DNA of 59,015 nt from positions 1-59,015 of IMG/VR virus record IMGVR_UViG_3300003653_000051; one strand, given 5' to 3'. The translations under genes were made by a program, and so were the position numbers. Below, one piece after another: positions 1 through 9,673 of the stretch (its first letter is position 1; each line of letters begins with the position of its first letter). This stretch comes from a virus. Taxonomy: Duplodnaviria > Caudoviricetes. Under the pieces are notes generated by a model. It was not told where the DNA came from. It made no database searches and saw only the letters and a list, made by a program, of their open reading frames with translations.

Positions 1-52
1 GATGTAAATGCTCTGCTAATGCTGCTGGAATCCCTTAGCTGCCCCAGCCAAG

Positions 53-367
53 ATGACCATGAGCCCGTGCCAACCCAACTCTCCCTCGTCCCAGAATGGA
101 GCCCAGACAATGACCCCGACACTTACTGACCGTTCCCATCTCCGTGCCTCCCGTGAGCGCCTCATGGATCTGGTGATCCATGTCGGCATCCTCCGTGGTG
201 TACTGATCCGTGACATCCCTGGAAAGTTCTCCATCGACGGGGATGAGGCGGTCTTCTCCATGACCGCACTCCTCAACGACGTGAACCAGCTCCTCCGCTA
301 CATGGACGACCTGGACAAGCTGGAGGGTCTGCCCGCCCTCTATGGCGAGCCAGCGGGCTCGCCATGA
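53..367 (+). CDS. hypothetical protein (start may be the ATG at 110)
   Basis: ORF with GC3-biased codons; ATGA-coupled to the next gene. Confidence 0.65.
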   Translation: MTMSPCQPNSPSSQNGAQTMTPTLTDRSHLRASRERLMDLVIHVGILRGVLIRDIPGKFSIDGDEAVFSMTALLNDVNQLLRYMDDLDKLEGLPALYGEPAGSP

Positions 368-702
368 GCACCAAGGCGGATCGCCCCGACACCATGTCCT
401 GTGCCCATGTCTGGGCCCGGGACATGGGCAACCCCAATGGACGCCGCTGCACACTCTGCCGTGCTGGCGGCTTCGTCAAGCACAACGCCAACCGTCTTCC
501 CCAACGAACGAAGGTGATGACCCAGGAGATGCTCGATGCTGTGGCACGGAGCATGGTCGTCTCAACCTACCAATGTCGCACCAAGATCAGGGACGCAGCG
601 CGCCCCCTGCCCCCGGTCTACGTCATCTGCGGTCGTAACGCATACAACTCCGGGGGCTACTGCAACCTTCACAGCCCGCTGCTCGTAGGAGAAACTGAAT
701 GA
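364..702 (+). CDS. hypothetical Cys/His-rich protein (possible Zn-binding)
   Basis: CAHVW...RCTLC and C...CNLH motifs; ATGA overlaps on both sides. Confidence 0.65.
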   Translation: MSTKADRPDTMSCAHVWARDMGNPNGRRCTLCRAGGFVKHNANRLPQRTKVMTQEMLDAVARSMVVSTYQCRTKIRDAARPLPPVYVICGRNAYNSGGYCNLHSPLLVGETE

Positions 703-1223
703 CTGAGTACATACTTCGTCCCGACGAATGGGAGCCTCCACTGCTCCCCAGCCTACCGGAGCCTGTGCTCCCCAAGAAGCAGCGCAAGCAACGGAAGAAG
801 CAGAGGTCCAGGTCTCGCCGCTTCACCCAGACCGCACCTGGACCCGATCCATGGGAGGCCGCCGCGCACCCTACAATGGCGGCCTACATGAACCGGAAGC
901 CGCCCTTCCTTCATGTAACGCTCCCCAAGGGAGAGGAGCTCAAGTCGTTCATCTACCTTCTCACCCAGGACAAGAGCAGGTTCCGCGACCCCGAGGGCCC
1001 ATGTGGTGTGATCCAGCTCTCTGAAACGTCATGGTGTTTCTTCGGGTGGTATCGCCCCGACTCCCCCAAGCCCACAACGGATAGGAAGGAGCGCGCCTCC
1101 ATCTCCGAGATCCTGGAAGCAGGAGATGCCGCCGAGATGGAAGACGATGCACCCTATGAAACTGGTGAACACGACTACGAGCACGAAAATCACACCGGAG
1201 ATCCTGGAGTGGGCGAAGGCTGA
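699..1223 (+). CDS. hypothetical protein
   Basis: ATGA coupling; basic patch KKQRKQRKKQR and acidic C-terminus. Confidence 0.65.
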   Translation: MTEYILRPDEWEPPLLPSLPEPVLPKKQRKQRKKQRSRSRRFTQTAPGPDPWEAAAHPTMAAYMNRKPPFLHVTLPKGEELKSFIYLLTQDKSRFRDPEGPCGVIQLSETSWCFFGWYRPDSPKPTTDRKERASISEILEAGDAAEMEDDAPYETGEHDYEHENHTGDPGVGEG

Positions 1224-1416
1224 AGGATACGGGGAACTGGAGATCCTAGATCAATCAGAAGGCTACATCTTGGCACGCTTCACCCTCCACGAGATCGAAA
1301 CAGGATGCTGGCTCTACACAACAGGGCCATGGGCAGCGCCCCACCAACAACTGCGAAGGCTCGCCTTTCACTGGCTCCTAACCGCCACCCTCCCCCGCTA
1401 CCAGAACCCACCATGA
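1126..1416 (+). CDS. hypothetical protein (start uncertain)
   Basis: Fills the gap to the primase; stop overlaps the primase ATG (ATGA). Confidence 0.5.
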   Translation: MPPRWKTMHPMKLVNTTTSTKITPEILEWAKAEGYGELEILDQSEGYILARFTLHEIETGCWLYTTGPWAAPHQQLRRLAFHWLLTATLPRYQNPP

Positions 1417-2312
1417 GCTACGCCAAGAACCGGCTGGTCCTGGAGGCCATCGCCCACGAATCGTCCTCCGGGCTCATGGGAATCATCCGAGCCATCTGCC
1501 CCTTCTGTGTCGCATCGGGACACAGCACCCGAAAGAAGAAGCTGGACTACTTGCCAGCGACCGGCAAGTGGTCTTGCTGGCGATGCAAAGCGTACGGCTG
1601 GCTAACCGTCGCCGAAACGCTCGCGCCTCGACGCATGGCACCGTCTAGCGCCAGCAATCGCCATGTTCGACCGACCACGGTTGAGCCGCCTGAAGGTTTC
1701 TTTCGCGTCGGCGCGTATCCGTCGCCGATTTCGCATTTGGTTCATTCGTATGCGATAAAACGTGGCATAACGAGAAATGCCATAGCGGAAGCTGGCTTCG
1801 GAATGACGCTACACCGGGCGGATCGCTCCCAGGGGGAGCAGGATTTCCGGGGGAGGTTGATTGTTCCTATCTATGCTCCTGGTCAGCACGGATCGGAGTC
1901 TGGGTGGTTGGGGTATGTAGGTAGGGATGTGACGGGGAGGAGTAATCTTCCTTATCTCTATTCCAAGGGATTGAGTAGGGCGAAGGTTCTCTACCGGGAG
2001 GAGATTCTCTGGGAGGAGACGGAGGAGCCTGCCTTGTGTGTGGAGGGCACCTTGGATGCGGCCTACCTTTGGCCGGATGCCTTTGCTGTTCTGGGCACCT
2101 GGGGTACGGATCAGGTGGCCTTGATGCGGGGGGCCAAGCGTCCGATTGTGGCGCTCTTGGATGGGGATGCGTGGAGGAAGGGGGAGGCGCTGGCGATGTG
2201 CCTAGAGGTTTTGGGGAAGCGGGGCGGGTATGTCCGTCTTCCCCCTACCAAGGACCCTGATCAGTTGGATCGGGCGTGGATCAAGGAGGAGGCCCTTCGG
2301 AGTCTCCGATAG
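1413..2312 (+). CDS. DNA primase (Zn-finger + TOPRIM)
   Basis: CPFC...CWRC zinc finger, FRGRLIVPI...GYVGR, TOPRIM CVEGTLDA and LDGD, C-terminal KDPD; ATG at 1413. Confidence 0.9.
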   Translation: MSYAKNRLVLEAIAHESSSGLMGIIRAICPFCVASGHSTRKKKLDYLPATGKWSCWRCKAYGWLTVAETLAPRRMAPSSASNRHVRPTTVEPPEGFFRVGAYPSPISHLVHSYAIKRGITRNAIAEAGFGMTLHRADRSQGEQDFRGRLIVPIYAPGQHGSESGWLGYVGRDVTGRSNLPYLYSKGLSRAKVLYREEILWEETEEPALCVEGTLDAAYLWPDAFAVLGTWGTDQVALMRGAKRPIVALLDGDAWRKGEALAMCLEVLGKRGGYVRLPPTKDPDQLDRAWIKEEALRSLR

Positions 2313-2334
2313 GGAAGAGGAAGGAAGAGGGTAC

Positions 2335-2661
2335 ATGGCCGAGGATGCGGAGTGGTTTCTGTTGGTTCAGATGTCTGTGGTTGGGATTGGGTTTCACGCC
2401 TGGAGGGGCAGGGCCCATCAGTTCCGTCAGGGTCTTCCTGTGAAGATCCAGGCGGAGCCTCGGAACGAGCATGACCAGTACGCCCTCATGGTGCTGGCAA
2501 AGCCTTCGGGAGAGGAGCCCAGTCATGTGGGCTACCTTCCGAGGGGTGCGAAGATCCTGAGCTTGATGCTCCAGAACGGGCATAAGTTCCGGTGTGAAGT
2601 GGCAGAGGACACGTCTGGGGTGAGCCCGAGCGTGAAGATCTACATGAAGAAGGGAAGCTGA
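2335..2661 (+). CDS. HIRAN-domain protein
   Basis: VVGIGF, AEPRNEHDQYALMV and HVGYLPR match the HIRAN pattern; purine-rich RBS before ATG 2335. Confidence 0.85.
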   Translation: MAEDAEWFLLVQMSVVGIGFHAWRGRAHQFRQGLPVKIQAEPRNEHDQYALMVLAKPSGEEPSHVGYLPRGAKILSLMLQNGHKFRCEVAEDTSGVSPSVKIYMKKGS

Positions 2662-2662
2662 G

Positions 2663-3637
2663 ATGACCAAGCTGAAGATCGTGAATGTGAGCTGGACCGA
2701 GGATCTGACCACGGTGGTCCTGGAGTCTGCGGGCGGTGAGGAGTTCACCCGTGCGGAGGCGATGGTGGTGGTGGATCGCCTGGAGAAGTACCTCGACGGG
2801 GGCGGTAGCCTTGCGGATCTGCCCGTGTCCGCCCCCGTTGTCTCGGAGGTCAAGAAGGTCCGCAAGAAGGAGGCTGCCCTGGTGGACTACCCCCCGAGTG
2901 TGATGGCCATGGACATCGAGGTGCCCGATCCCCGCCAGATGGCCCTGATGGAGAGGCAGATGGCAGACGCCGCCATCCCCTCCGATCTCCTTCCCATCCC
3001 CGTGAAGCAGGTGCCCCACCCCAAGGACACGGGGCAGAGCCTGGAGGCGCTCGCCAACCAGATGGCCACCCGGAAGCATGAGGAAGTGCCCGCTGTCGTG
3101 GATGAGGATGAAGCCGAGATGGCCCTCGGGATGTTCGAGGACAACTTCTCCGAGGTTTGCATCACGGAGGATGCCATCCGTGTCTGGGCAGAGAACCAGC
3201 CCCTGTTCGGGAAGTACCCCAGCATCCGTGAGCGGTCCCGGATGCTCCTCTCCGCACACCTGGGACGGAAGCTGGGCAAGAGCCCGCAGGAAGCCTCCGA
3301 ACTCATCAAGGCCATGATCACGGCCAAGAGTGCCCCCGTGGCCGCAACCTATGTGGCAGCCCCCGTGGCCGCCCACTCGCCCCAGGCAAGCGCCTTCCTC
3401 CTGAAGCTGGGCTCCGATCCCAAGCAGCTCATCGGAACGGCAGTGAAGCTGGCGTGCGAAGTGATGGGAGGGGAAACCAAGACCGTCACGGTCAAGCTGG
3501 TCGAGGACTTCCTGGTGTCCATGGTGGGCAAGCACCCCCTGCTCACGGACGCGGATCTGATCCGCGGACTGGTCCAGTCCCCCAGGTTCAAGCTCTTCGC
3601 CTCCGCAGGCAAGGTCAAGGTCATCGACCCCGCCTGA
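2663..3637 (+). CDS. hypothetical protein
   Basis: 324-aa ORF with strong codon bias; no motif recognised. Confidence 0.75.
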   Translation: MTKLKIVNVSWTEDLTTVVLESAGGEEFTRAEAMVVVDRLEKYLDGGGSLADLPVSAPVVSEVKKVRKKEAALVDYPPSVMAMDIEVPDPRQMALMERQMADAAIPSDLLPIPVKQVPHPKDTGQSLEALANQMATRKHEEVPAVVDEDEAEMALGMFEDNFSEVCITEDAIRVWAENQPLFGKYPSIRERSRMLLSAHLGRKLGKSPQEASELIKAMITAKSAPVAATYVAAPVAAHSPQASAFLLKLGSDPKQLIGTAVKLACEVMGGETKTVTVKLVEDFLVSMVGKHPLLTDADLIRGLVQSPRFKLFASAGKVKVIDPA

Positions 3638-3646
3638 AAGGATCGT

Positions 3647-3946
3647 GTGCCCGTAGTGCAGGGGCATGTACGCCCTGCACTACGGCGCGCTGGGAGCACC
3701 ATGGAACTACCCTGTCTTCTCTGCCATCAGCCCAAGGGGAATGTTCGATACATACTTGGTACGCCGCGGGATCTCACACTCCGTATTCCCAGGCTTGTAG
3801 CAGGTGTATTGGACTTGCGGATTCACAGGGGTCGAACAGGGGATCGCCGCCCTATCTGTCAGCAGTGTCACGATGATTGGGGCACTGCGCTTGACTGCAT
3901 CCACCTGATCCACTCCAGAATCAGGCTACAACTGGTGTCCCCATGA
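3647..3946 (+). CDS. small Zn-finger protein (CxxC...CxxC-x9-C family)
   Basis: CLLC...CQQC-x9-C; true start may be the internal ATG (MELPC). Confidence 0.55.
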   Translation: MPVVQGHVRPALRRAGSTMELPCLLCHQPKGNVRYILGTPRDLTLRIPRLVAGVLDLRIHRGRTGDRRPICQQCHDDWGTALDCIHLIHSRIRLQLVSP

Positions 3947-4164
3947 CGCAGCTCTGTTGTGTATGTGCTGTTCCCATACCGGCCAGCGCCTACTGCATGT
4001 GGCAGGACCAGGAACTTGCCTGCACTGCTCTGGGCATTCCCCTGTATTGGGCAGGCTATCCTGGGCTATCCATGGCATGTACCCCCTGCGCCATTGCGGC
4101 GGAGCGGTTTGTTTGGGCAGAGCGGTGTGTATTCCGTCGTCTTCGTGCATGGAGTGCCAAATGA
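3943..4164 (+). CDS. small Zn-finger protein
   Basis: CCVC...CTPC; ATGA-coupled on both sides. Confidence 0.55.
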   Translation: MTQLCCVCAVPIPASAYCMWQDQELACTALGIPLYWAGYPGLSMACTPCAIAAERFVWAERCVFRRLRAWSAK

Positions 4165-6827
4165 GAATCCTACCGCTCTACCCGGAGCTCCCGCTTCCTG
4201 CCGTCCAGCTCGCTTCTCCCCTGGACAGGAATCCTGACTGTACCCGCTGCCCCCTTCACACTGGGACACCTGCGGGTCAGCGGTGTCTTTCTGCGGAGGG
4301 CACGCCTGGGGACATTCTGGTGGTTCTGGATCACCCCACCGAGTTTGAGCGCCGCCTGGGGCGTCCCGCTGCCTCCCCCTCGGGGGTATGGATCCGTTCC
4401 CTGATCGCCAAGATCGCTCCTGGGCGATCGGTGGTCTTCACCTACGCCCTTGGGTGCAAGCCTCTCCCCAATCAGGAAACCAAGGATCTGATCGAGCCCC
4501 TGGCACAGTGCCGCCCCTATCTGGCGGGGGTTCTCAAGGATGCCAGCCCTCAGATCGTCCTGCTCTTCAACTCCCTGGCAGGTATTGGGTTCCTGGGAAG
4601 GAGCTTCCAGCCCCTCTCCGTCCGAACCGGCTACGGGATGTTCGTCGGGGAGCTGGTGTCCCCCGCATACCTGCTAGGCGACCCCGCCTATGCCATGAGG
4701 AACAAGCTCATCGCCCGTGCCATGGAGGAAGACCTCCGCCATGCGCTTCTGGGGGCCCTTCCGTCGTTCCCTGCTCTGTCTCTGGGCTACGGCATCATTG
4801 AGACGGTAGAGGACGCTGTAGAGGCTTGGGAGGTGCTTCAGCGTGCAGCCTATGTAGCGACGGACTGTGAGACTTCGGGGATGCTTCACGAGCCTGACTT
4901 TCGGATCGAGTGTTTGGCGACCTCGGATGGGGAGATGACCTACGTTTGGCCAAGGGAGTCGGTAGAGTCAGAGGAGATTGGGGCGATCCTGGCATCTGTC
5001 CTGGAGGACAACGATCAGGTTACATGGAACGGGCAGTACGATTTGGTGGCGATCGAGTGTGAGCCGCTCCTGAAGCGGCACCAGCTTGGTGGGCGGAAGT
5101 GGCTCCTCAATCTACAGAGTGACAGCCGCATCAAGCGCAAGCTGTACGAGGCGGATGCGGTTGCTGATCTGGGTACAGCCGCGGAGCTTGTTGGGATGGG
5201 TGGTCACAAGACCGAGGCCCACGATCAGATCGGTGTCATCTGCTCCGAGCTACGGAAGCTCGCCATGGCAAGGAACCTCACCCCCACGGGCAAGGTCCGC
5301 AAGGCTGCGGAGCTGAAGGTGGTGGACCCCAAGCAGGTCCCGCCGGAGTGGCTGGTCTATCTGGATCAGGGCTTCGAGCCGGAGAAGTTCGCCTACCGAT
5401 TCCTGGATCGGGACGTGATGCACCGCTACTGCGCCCTGGACGCACTCTCTACCTCATACCTGGAGGATTGGTGTCTCCAGAAGCTAGTGGAGCACCCCAA
5501 CCTTGCTCTGATCTGGGATGAGGTAGCCCAGCCTGCGATGTGGGCATGGTGCTGCGCCCGTCTCACGGGCTTCCCCACGGACAAGCGGCGGGTGGAGCTG
5601 CTCCGGGACTACCTGAACGTGGAGATCGACAAGCTCTACACCAAGATCCAGGCATACGAGCCTGGGATGAACCCGAACTCCCCCGCGCAGATCGCGGTGG
5701 CCTTTGCCAAGCGTGGGCTGGTGAGCAAGCGGCTTACACCTTCTGGTGCGGTGAAGATGGACAAGGAGGTGATGGTGGACTTCAAGGGGAAGCACCCTCT
5801 GGTGGATCTAGTGCTGACCTACAAGATGTTCAAGCACACCCAGGACAACTTCGCGGAGGGGCTGTTGATGCACGTCCGCACCGACGGACGGTGCCACCCC
5901 AGCTTCCTTCAAGACGGCACATCCACTGGACGCCCCAGTTCCAGCGATCCAAACTTCTTCAACAGGCTCAAGGGCCGTGATGAGGAGAGCCGCAAGCTGG
6001 GGACCATGCTCCGGGAGTGCCACACCATGCCCCCCGGATTCACCCTAATCGAAGCGGATGAGGGGCAGATTGAGATTCGGGCGGTGATGGACCTTTGTGA
6101 AGACCCGGTGGGCATCGCCACCATTGTCTCCGGGGTGGACTTCCACATGGCCTCCGCACGGAGCTTTGCTACCGTGCTGGGTAAAGATCCAGAGAAGGTG
6201 ACGGACCTGGATAGGGAGACTGCGAAGACCTGCAACTTCGCGGCAATCTACGAGCTACCCGATCAACTTGGGTTCATGCTTGCTCAGCGCCTCGGCATCC
6301 CCAACAAGGCTGGGAACGAGCTGGCCACCGCCCTCTTTGGGAGCTACCTACGGCTCAAGCCATGGATGGATGAGTGCCTCTCCGATGCTACGCGCACGGG
6401 GTACGCCAGCACCCTCTGGCGGGGCCAGGAAGGGCGGCACCGCCCCCTCTGGCACCTGGGACTGCCCGTACCCAATCGGGCGGATCGCACCCCGAGCAAG
6501 GACAAGAGCAACTGGCAGACCCATGCGCGTTCTACATGGAACGGACGCGCGCAGGGAGGGGCTGTAGACATTGTGACCTCCATGCTCTGGCCCGTGCAGT
6601 GCTGGTTGGATGCCAACACCTCCGGGGGGCAGTTCCTGCTCCAGATCTACGACTCCATCATGGTGATGGTGCCCGATGACGATGTAGGCAAGACCATCGC
6701 CTTCCTCCGGGAGCTGATGACCGATACCGTTCCCGGAAAGAAGATGGGCTACCTCAAGGCTGTCCCCCTCACCATCGACGTGAAGACAGGGAAGAGCTGG
6801 GGCGGCATGTCCAAGGTGAAGGCGTGA
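4161..6827 (+). CDS. polA: DNA polymerase family A with N-terminal uracil-DNA-glycosylase-like domain and 3'-5' exonuclease
   Basis: CTRCPLH...ALGC...QCRPYL (family-4 UDG Fe-S Cys pattern); Exo motifs DCET, NGQYD, YCALD; TGRPSSSDPN; motif A ADEGQIEIR, motif B RETAKTCNF, motif C QIYDS; ATG at 4161. Confidence 0.93.
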   Translation: MRILPLYPELPLPAVQLASPLDRNPDCTRCPLHTGTPAGQRCLSAEGTPGDILVVLDHPTEFERRLGRPAASPSGVWIRSLIAKIAPGRSVVFTYALGCKPLPNQETKDLIEPLAQCRPYLAGVLKDASPQIVLLFNSLAGIGFLGRSFQPLSVRTGYGMFVGELVSPAYLLGDPAYAMRNKLIARAMEEDLRHALLGALPSFPALSLGYGIIETVEDAVEAWEVLQRAAYVATDCETSGMLHEPDFRIECLATSDGEMTYVWPRESVESEEIGAILASVLEDNDQVTWNGQYDLVAIECEPLLKRHQLGGRKWLLNLQSDSRIKRKLYEADAVADLGTAAELVGMGGHKTEAHDQIGVICSELRKLAMARNLTPTGKVRKAAELKVVDPKQVPPEWLVYLDQGFEPEKFAYRFLDRDVMHRYCALDALSTSYLEDWCLQKLVEHPNLALIWDEVAQPAMWAWCCARLTGFPTDKRRVELLRDYLNVEIDKLYTKIQAYEPGMNPNSPAQIAVAFAKRGLVSKRLTPSGAVKMDKEVMVDFKGKHPLVDLVLTYKMFKHTQDNFAEGLLMHVRTDGRCHPSFLQDGTSTGRPSSSDPNFFNRLKGRDEESRKLGTMLRECHTMPPGFTLIEADEGQIEIRAVMDLCEDPVGIATIVSGVDFHMASARSFATVLGKDPEKVTDLDRETAKTCNFAAIYELPDQLGFMLAQRLGIPNKAGNELATALFGSYLRLKPWMDECLSDATRTGYASTLWRGQEGRHRPLWHLGLPVPNRADRTPSKDKSNWQTHARSTWNGRAQGGAVDIVTSMLWPVQCWLDANTSGGQFLLQIYDSIMVMVPDDDVGKTIAFLRELMTDTVPGKKMGYLKAVPLTIDVKTGKSWGGMSKVKA

Positions 6828-7093
6828 GGAGAGGCTGCGTCTCCTGTGGTGTCACCAACCAATCCAACATTGGACCTCCACCATTACATTCTGTCCCCAA
6901 TATATCCTTGGGCCTGGGCCTGTGTGCCCAGGATCTCTATGACATGATGGATGGGGACACATGCACCCTATGCGATAGTGAGTTCTGGCGGGTAATCACC
7001 TGCCTGCCCTTGCTACAGACTGTACTGAGTTCATGGCATACAACTGCTGGCACTGTGGGGAGCGGACTCCCGGTGGATACACAGTCTCCATGA
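6824..7093 (+). CDS. small Zn-finger protein
   Basis: CVSC...CTLC-x9-C; GTGA overlap with the pol stop. Confidence 0.5.
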   Translation: MRRGCVSCGVTNQSNIGPPPLHSVPNISLGLGLCAQDLYDMMDGDTCTLCDSEFWRVITCLPLLQTVLSSWHTTAGTVGSGLPVDTQSP

Positions 7094-7227
7094 CTGCATT
7101 CATGCAGTGCTTGGGGATTGGGGTGCGTATGCCCGTCAAGGTTTGTATTCCATGTCACACCATCCTGGTGCGCCTCATGGAGTGTGAAGACATCATTAGT
7201 CGGCTCCTGAATCGAAGGGGCTGGTAA
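7033..7227 (+). CDS. small Zn-finger protein
   Basis: CWHC...CIPC-x9-C; TAATG coupling to the next gene. Confidence 0.55.
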   Translation: MAYNCWHCGERTPGGYTVSMTAFMQCLGIGVRMPVKVCIPCHTILVRLMECEDIISRLLNRRGW

Positions 7228-8018
7228 TGCGAAAGGAAACGACAATGGAACAACAAGTAAACAAGGATCCCCTGATCACCGTGTCCGCTGACGTACAGGA
7301 GCCTGAGCTTTCTGGGTGTCTCCAGGGGCTGCATGAGCATCTGGGGCTTCAGGTGAAGCTGCTGGAGCACCTGAACAGGTCCATGGCCCAGCAGTCCCTG
7401 GTCATGTGTGGGCTTCTGGCGTGGTTGGCACGTCCGGTGGTGGTACTGGCACCGCCCCCCGTTGCGCCGATCCCGGAGGTGGTGCCCGTGGTTGCCCCCG
7501 TTCCGCGCCAACGCCAGCTCCGTCAGAACACCCGTACGTCGCGGGTGCTGGGTGCGCTTACCAAGAGCCCGTGGATGACCACCAAGGAGCTCGTAGCGGC
7601 ACTGGCATCCGATGCAGGTGCCACCTCCAACACCATCGCTTCCATCTGCTCCAGCCTGGAGTTCCACGGGTTCATCATCTCCATCTGGGAGAGTGGTCAG
7701 CGCGCCCGCTACGCGCCCGTTGGGACGCCGCTGCCCCAGGAAGAGCAGGCTACCCTCCCAAGGCTCTACGAGCCCGCAAAGACCACCCCGGAGCGGTCAC
7801 GGTACACCCTGCACGAACAGGCAGTGCTCCGCGCCCTGGAGGGTGCTGCAAGCCCGCTCAACGCGCTCCAGATCCAGGAGCGCGCCAGCGCCCAGGGCAA
7901 CCAGATCCTCGCCAACAGCATCGGAAGTGTCTGCTCTCGCCTCCACAAGAGGGGAATCCTCCACCGTACCCAGACCGGTGGGCGTGTCACCTACCTCATC
8001 CCCGAAACGAAGAGCTAA
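7227..8018 (+). CDS. DNA-binding protein with two tandem winged-HTH-like domains
   Basis: Two similar units: VLGAL..TTKELVAAL..NTIASICSSL..G and VLRAL..NALQIQER..NSIGSVCSRL..G. Confidence 0.7.
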   Translation: MRKETTMEQQVNKDPLITVSADVQEPELSGCLQGLHEHLGLQVKLLEHLNRSMAQQSLVMCGLLAWLARPVVVLAPPPVAPIPEVVPVVAPVPRQRQLRQNTRTSRVLGALTKSPWMTTKELVAALASDAGATSNTIASICSSLEFHGFIISIWESGQRARYAPVGTPLPQEEQATLPRLYEPAKTTPERSRYTLHEQAVLRALEGAASPLNALQIQERASAQGNQILANSIGSVCSRLHKRGILHRTQTGGRVTYLIPETKS

Positions 8019-8126
8019 AAGGACCAGCAACGACAAACACACACATGTAGGTGTCCGATTCTTTCGGTTTGGCGTGGCGATTGTGGCATAACGGTATTGC
8101 ACCATTTGTGTGCAGAGGAGGATCTA

Positions 8127-8543
8127 ATGGATCATCAGGAGATGGCTGGGTTGTTGGTCATTGACAACATGGATTTGGGTGGGCAGTTTGCGTCCCTTCC
8201 CGGGCTCTTGTTTCAGTACGGGATGTTGGAGGCGGATGCCATCCAGCTCTTCCTGGAGAGCAAGGCGATGATGGAGCAGGTGCATGCGGCTGCCCACACC
8301 AGCATTCGTGGGGCGACGATTGGGAAGGCCCCGACGGTTGACCAGCTTGACGCGATGATTGAGCTGGACAATGACTACATGCAGGCTCGGGGCATCTGCA
8401 TCGCACGGGAGGGGGACAGTCGCCGGATGAAGGCGATGGTGACGGCTCTGCTGGCGAAGCGGGACATGCTGGTTCAGCTTGGTTCGAGCCAGCGGGCGCA
8501 GCTTCAGGCTGGGATGGACACGGGGATCCGGGCTACCCGGTGA
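8127..8543 (+). CDS. UvsY-like recombination mediator / helical protein
   Basis: IDNMDL...TVDQLDAMI..D.DY...ALLAKRDMLVQLG pattern; sits next to the SSB; GAGGAGG RBS. Confidence 0.6.
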   Translation: MDHQEMAGLLVIDNMDLGGQFASLPGLLFQYGMLEADAIQLFLESKAMMEQVHAAAHTSIRGATIGKAPTVDQLDAMIELDNDYMQARGICIAREGDSRRMKAMVTALLAKRDMLVQLGSSQRAQLQAGMDTGIRATR

Positions 8544-8596
8544 TCTGGTAGGGTTGGCAAGAAGGATCCCATGATGGGATCAGGAAGACGTGATAC

Positions 8597-9646
8597 ATGG
8601 GCAACATCAAGCAGAATCAGGGTCCGATCGACACCTCCGCGTTGGAGGCTGAGATGGCAGCGGCCAAGGGTGGTGGTCGCCGGGGTGGCGACTACGGCAA
8701 GAGCACCAAGGGTCGTGCTGTGGAGCAGAAGAACCTGCCGTGTGTGGTGGAGGTGGGTGGGAGGGCAAAGCCCGGGAGCGGTGTTGTGACCTTCAAGATC
8801 CTCCCTCCGGTGGAGGGTCAGCCGATGCCCTGGGTCCGATGGGACGGTCACTTCTTCTTCAACGAGAGCACCCGCGATTGGGCCAGCATGAACTGCAACT
8901 GGCGGATGACGGGGGGTGCGGAGCAGTGTCCTGGGTGTGACTTCATCCAGCGGTTGAACCGGCAGATTCTCTGGCCCATGGAGAAGCTCTCCGAGGCCGA
9001 GCAGGGGCGTTGGATGTCCCAGCACCCCGCCCACCGTGGGGCGAAGAAGATGGCGGGAGGGAAGGCGAAGACCTCCATCGCCATGAACGTGATCTTCACC
9101 TCCTGGAATGGGGGTCCGGTCCCCGCCGACTACGACGGGGTTCGGGTTCTGAAGGTGGGGGCTGGGATCTGGAAGGGCACGACCAAGGGTCAGGTTCTGG
9201 GGCTCTGCGACATCCTCTCCCGCTACCCCGATCTGTGCGATCCGCAGAACGCCCTGGAGATCAGCATTACCAAGGCCGGGGAGGGCCTGGACACCACCTA
9301 CATCGTCTCCGAGGTGACGGAGAAGGTGGAAGCCACGCTCGGTGGGCAGAAGCGGATGGTGGATGTGGAGAAGCGCGGACCCATCGGGGCCTCCCCCGAG
9401 GAAATCTCCGCCATCCTGGAGGATCGGATGGGGCTCGGGATCTTCCTCCGCATGAAGACCATGGATGAGGCAACGGCGGACATCCTCAAGGTGGACACCT
9501 TCACCGACCCCAACGTCTTGGACGCCCCCAAGAGGGCCACCGCACCCAGGGCATACGACCCCAGGCCCGCAGGGAGGAGCGCACAGGACGACCTGGAGAC
9601 CGAGGCATTCAAGGGAAAGTCGGACGACGACCAGATCCCCTGGTGA
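8597..9646 (+). CDS. single-stranded DNA-binding protein (T4 gp32-like)
   Basis: FKILPP, H...C...CPGCD Zn site, GEGLDTTY, acidic-aromatic tail DDDQIPW. Confidence 0.8.
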   Translation: MGNIKQNQGPIDTSALEAEMAAAKGGGRRGGDYGKSTKGRAVEQKNLPCVVEVGGRAKPGSGVVTFKILPPVEGQPMPWVRWDGHFFFNESTRDWASMNCNWRMTGGAEQCPGCDFIQRLNRQILWPMEKLSEAEQGRWMSQHPAHRGAKKMAGGKAKTSIAMNVIFTSWNGGPVPADYDGVRVLKVGAGIWKGTTKGQVLGLCDILSRYPDLCDPQNALEISITKAGEGLDTTYIVSEVTEKVEATLGGQKRMVDVEKRGPIGASPEEISAILEDRMGLGIFLRMKTMDEATADILKVDTFTDPNVLDAPKRATAPRAYDPRPAGRSAQDDLETEAFKGKSDDDQIPW

Positions 9647-9673
9647 TGAGCTAGCCTTCCCACCTTAGCTTCC

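Noticed and set aside
3957-4160. Cys-rich N-terminal extension of the polymerase in the ORF track
   Set aside because: Overlaps the separate 3943-4164 ORF; the ATGA-coupled start at 4161 is more plausible
8085-8100. Canonical sigma54 promoter
   Set aside because: GG-to-GC spacing is 12 nt, not the required 10
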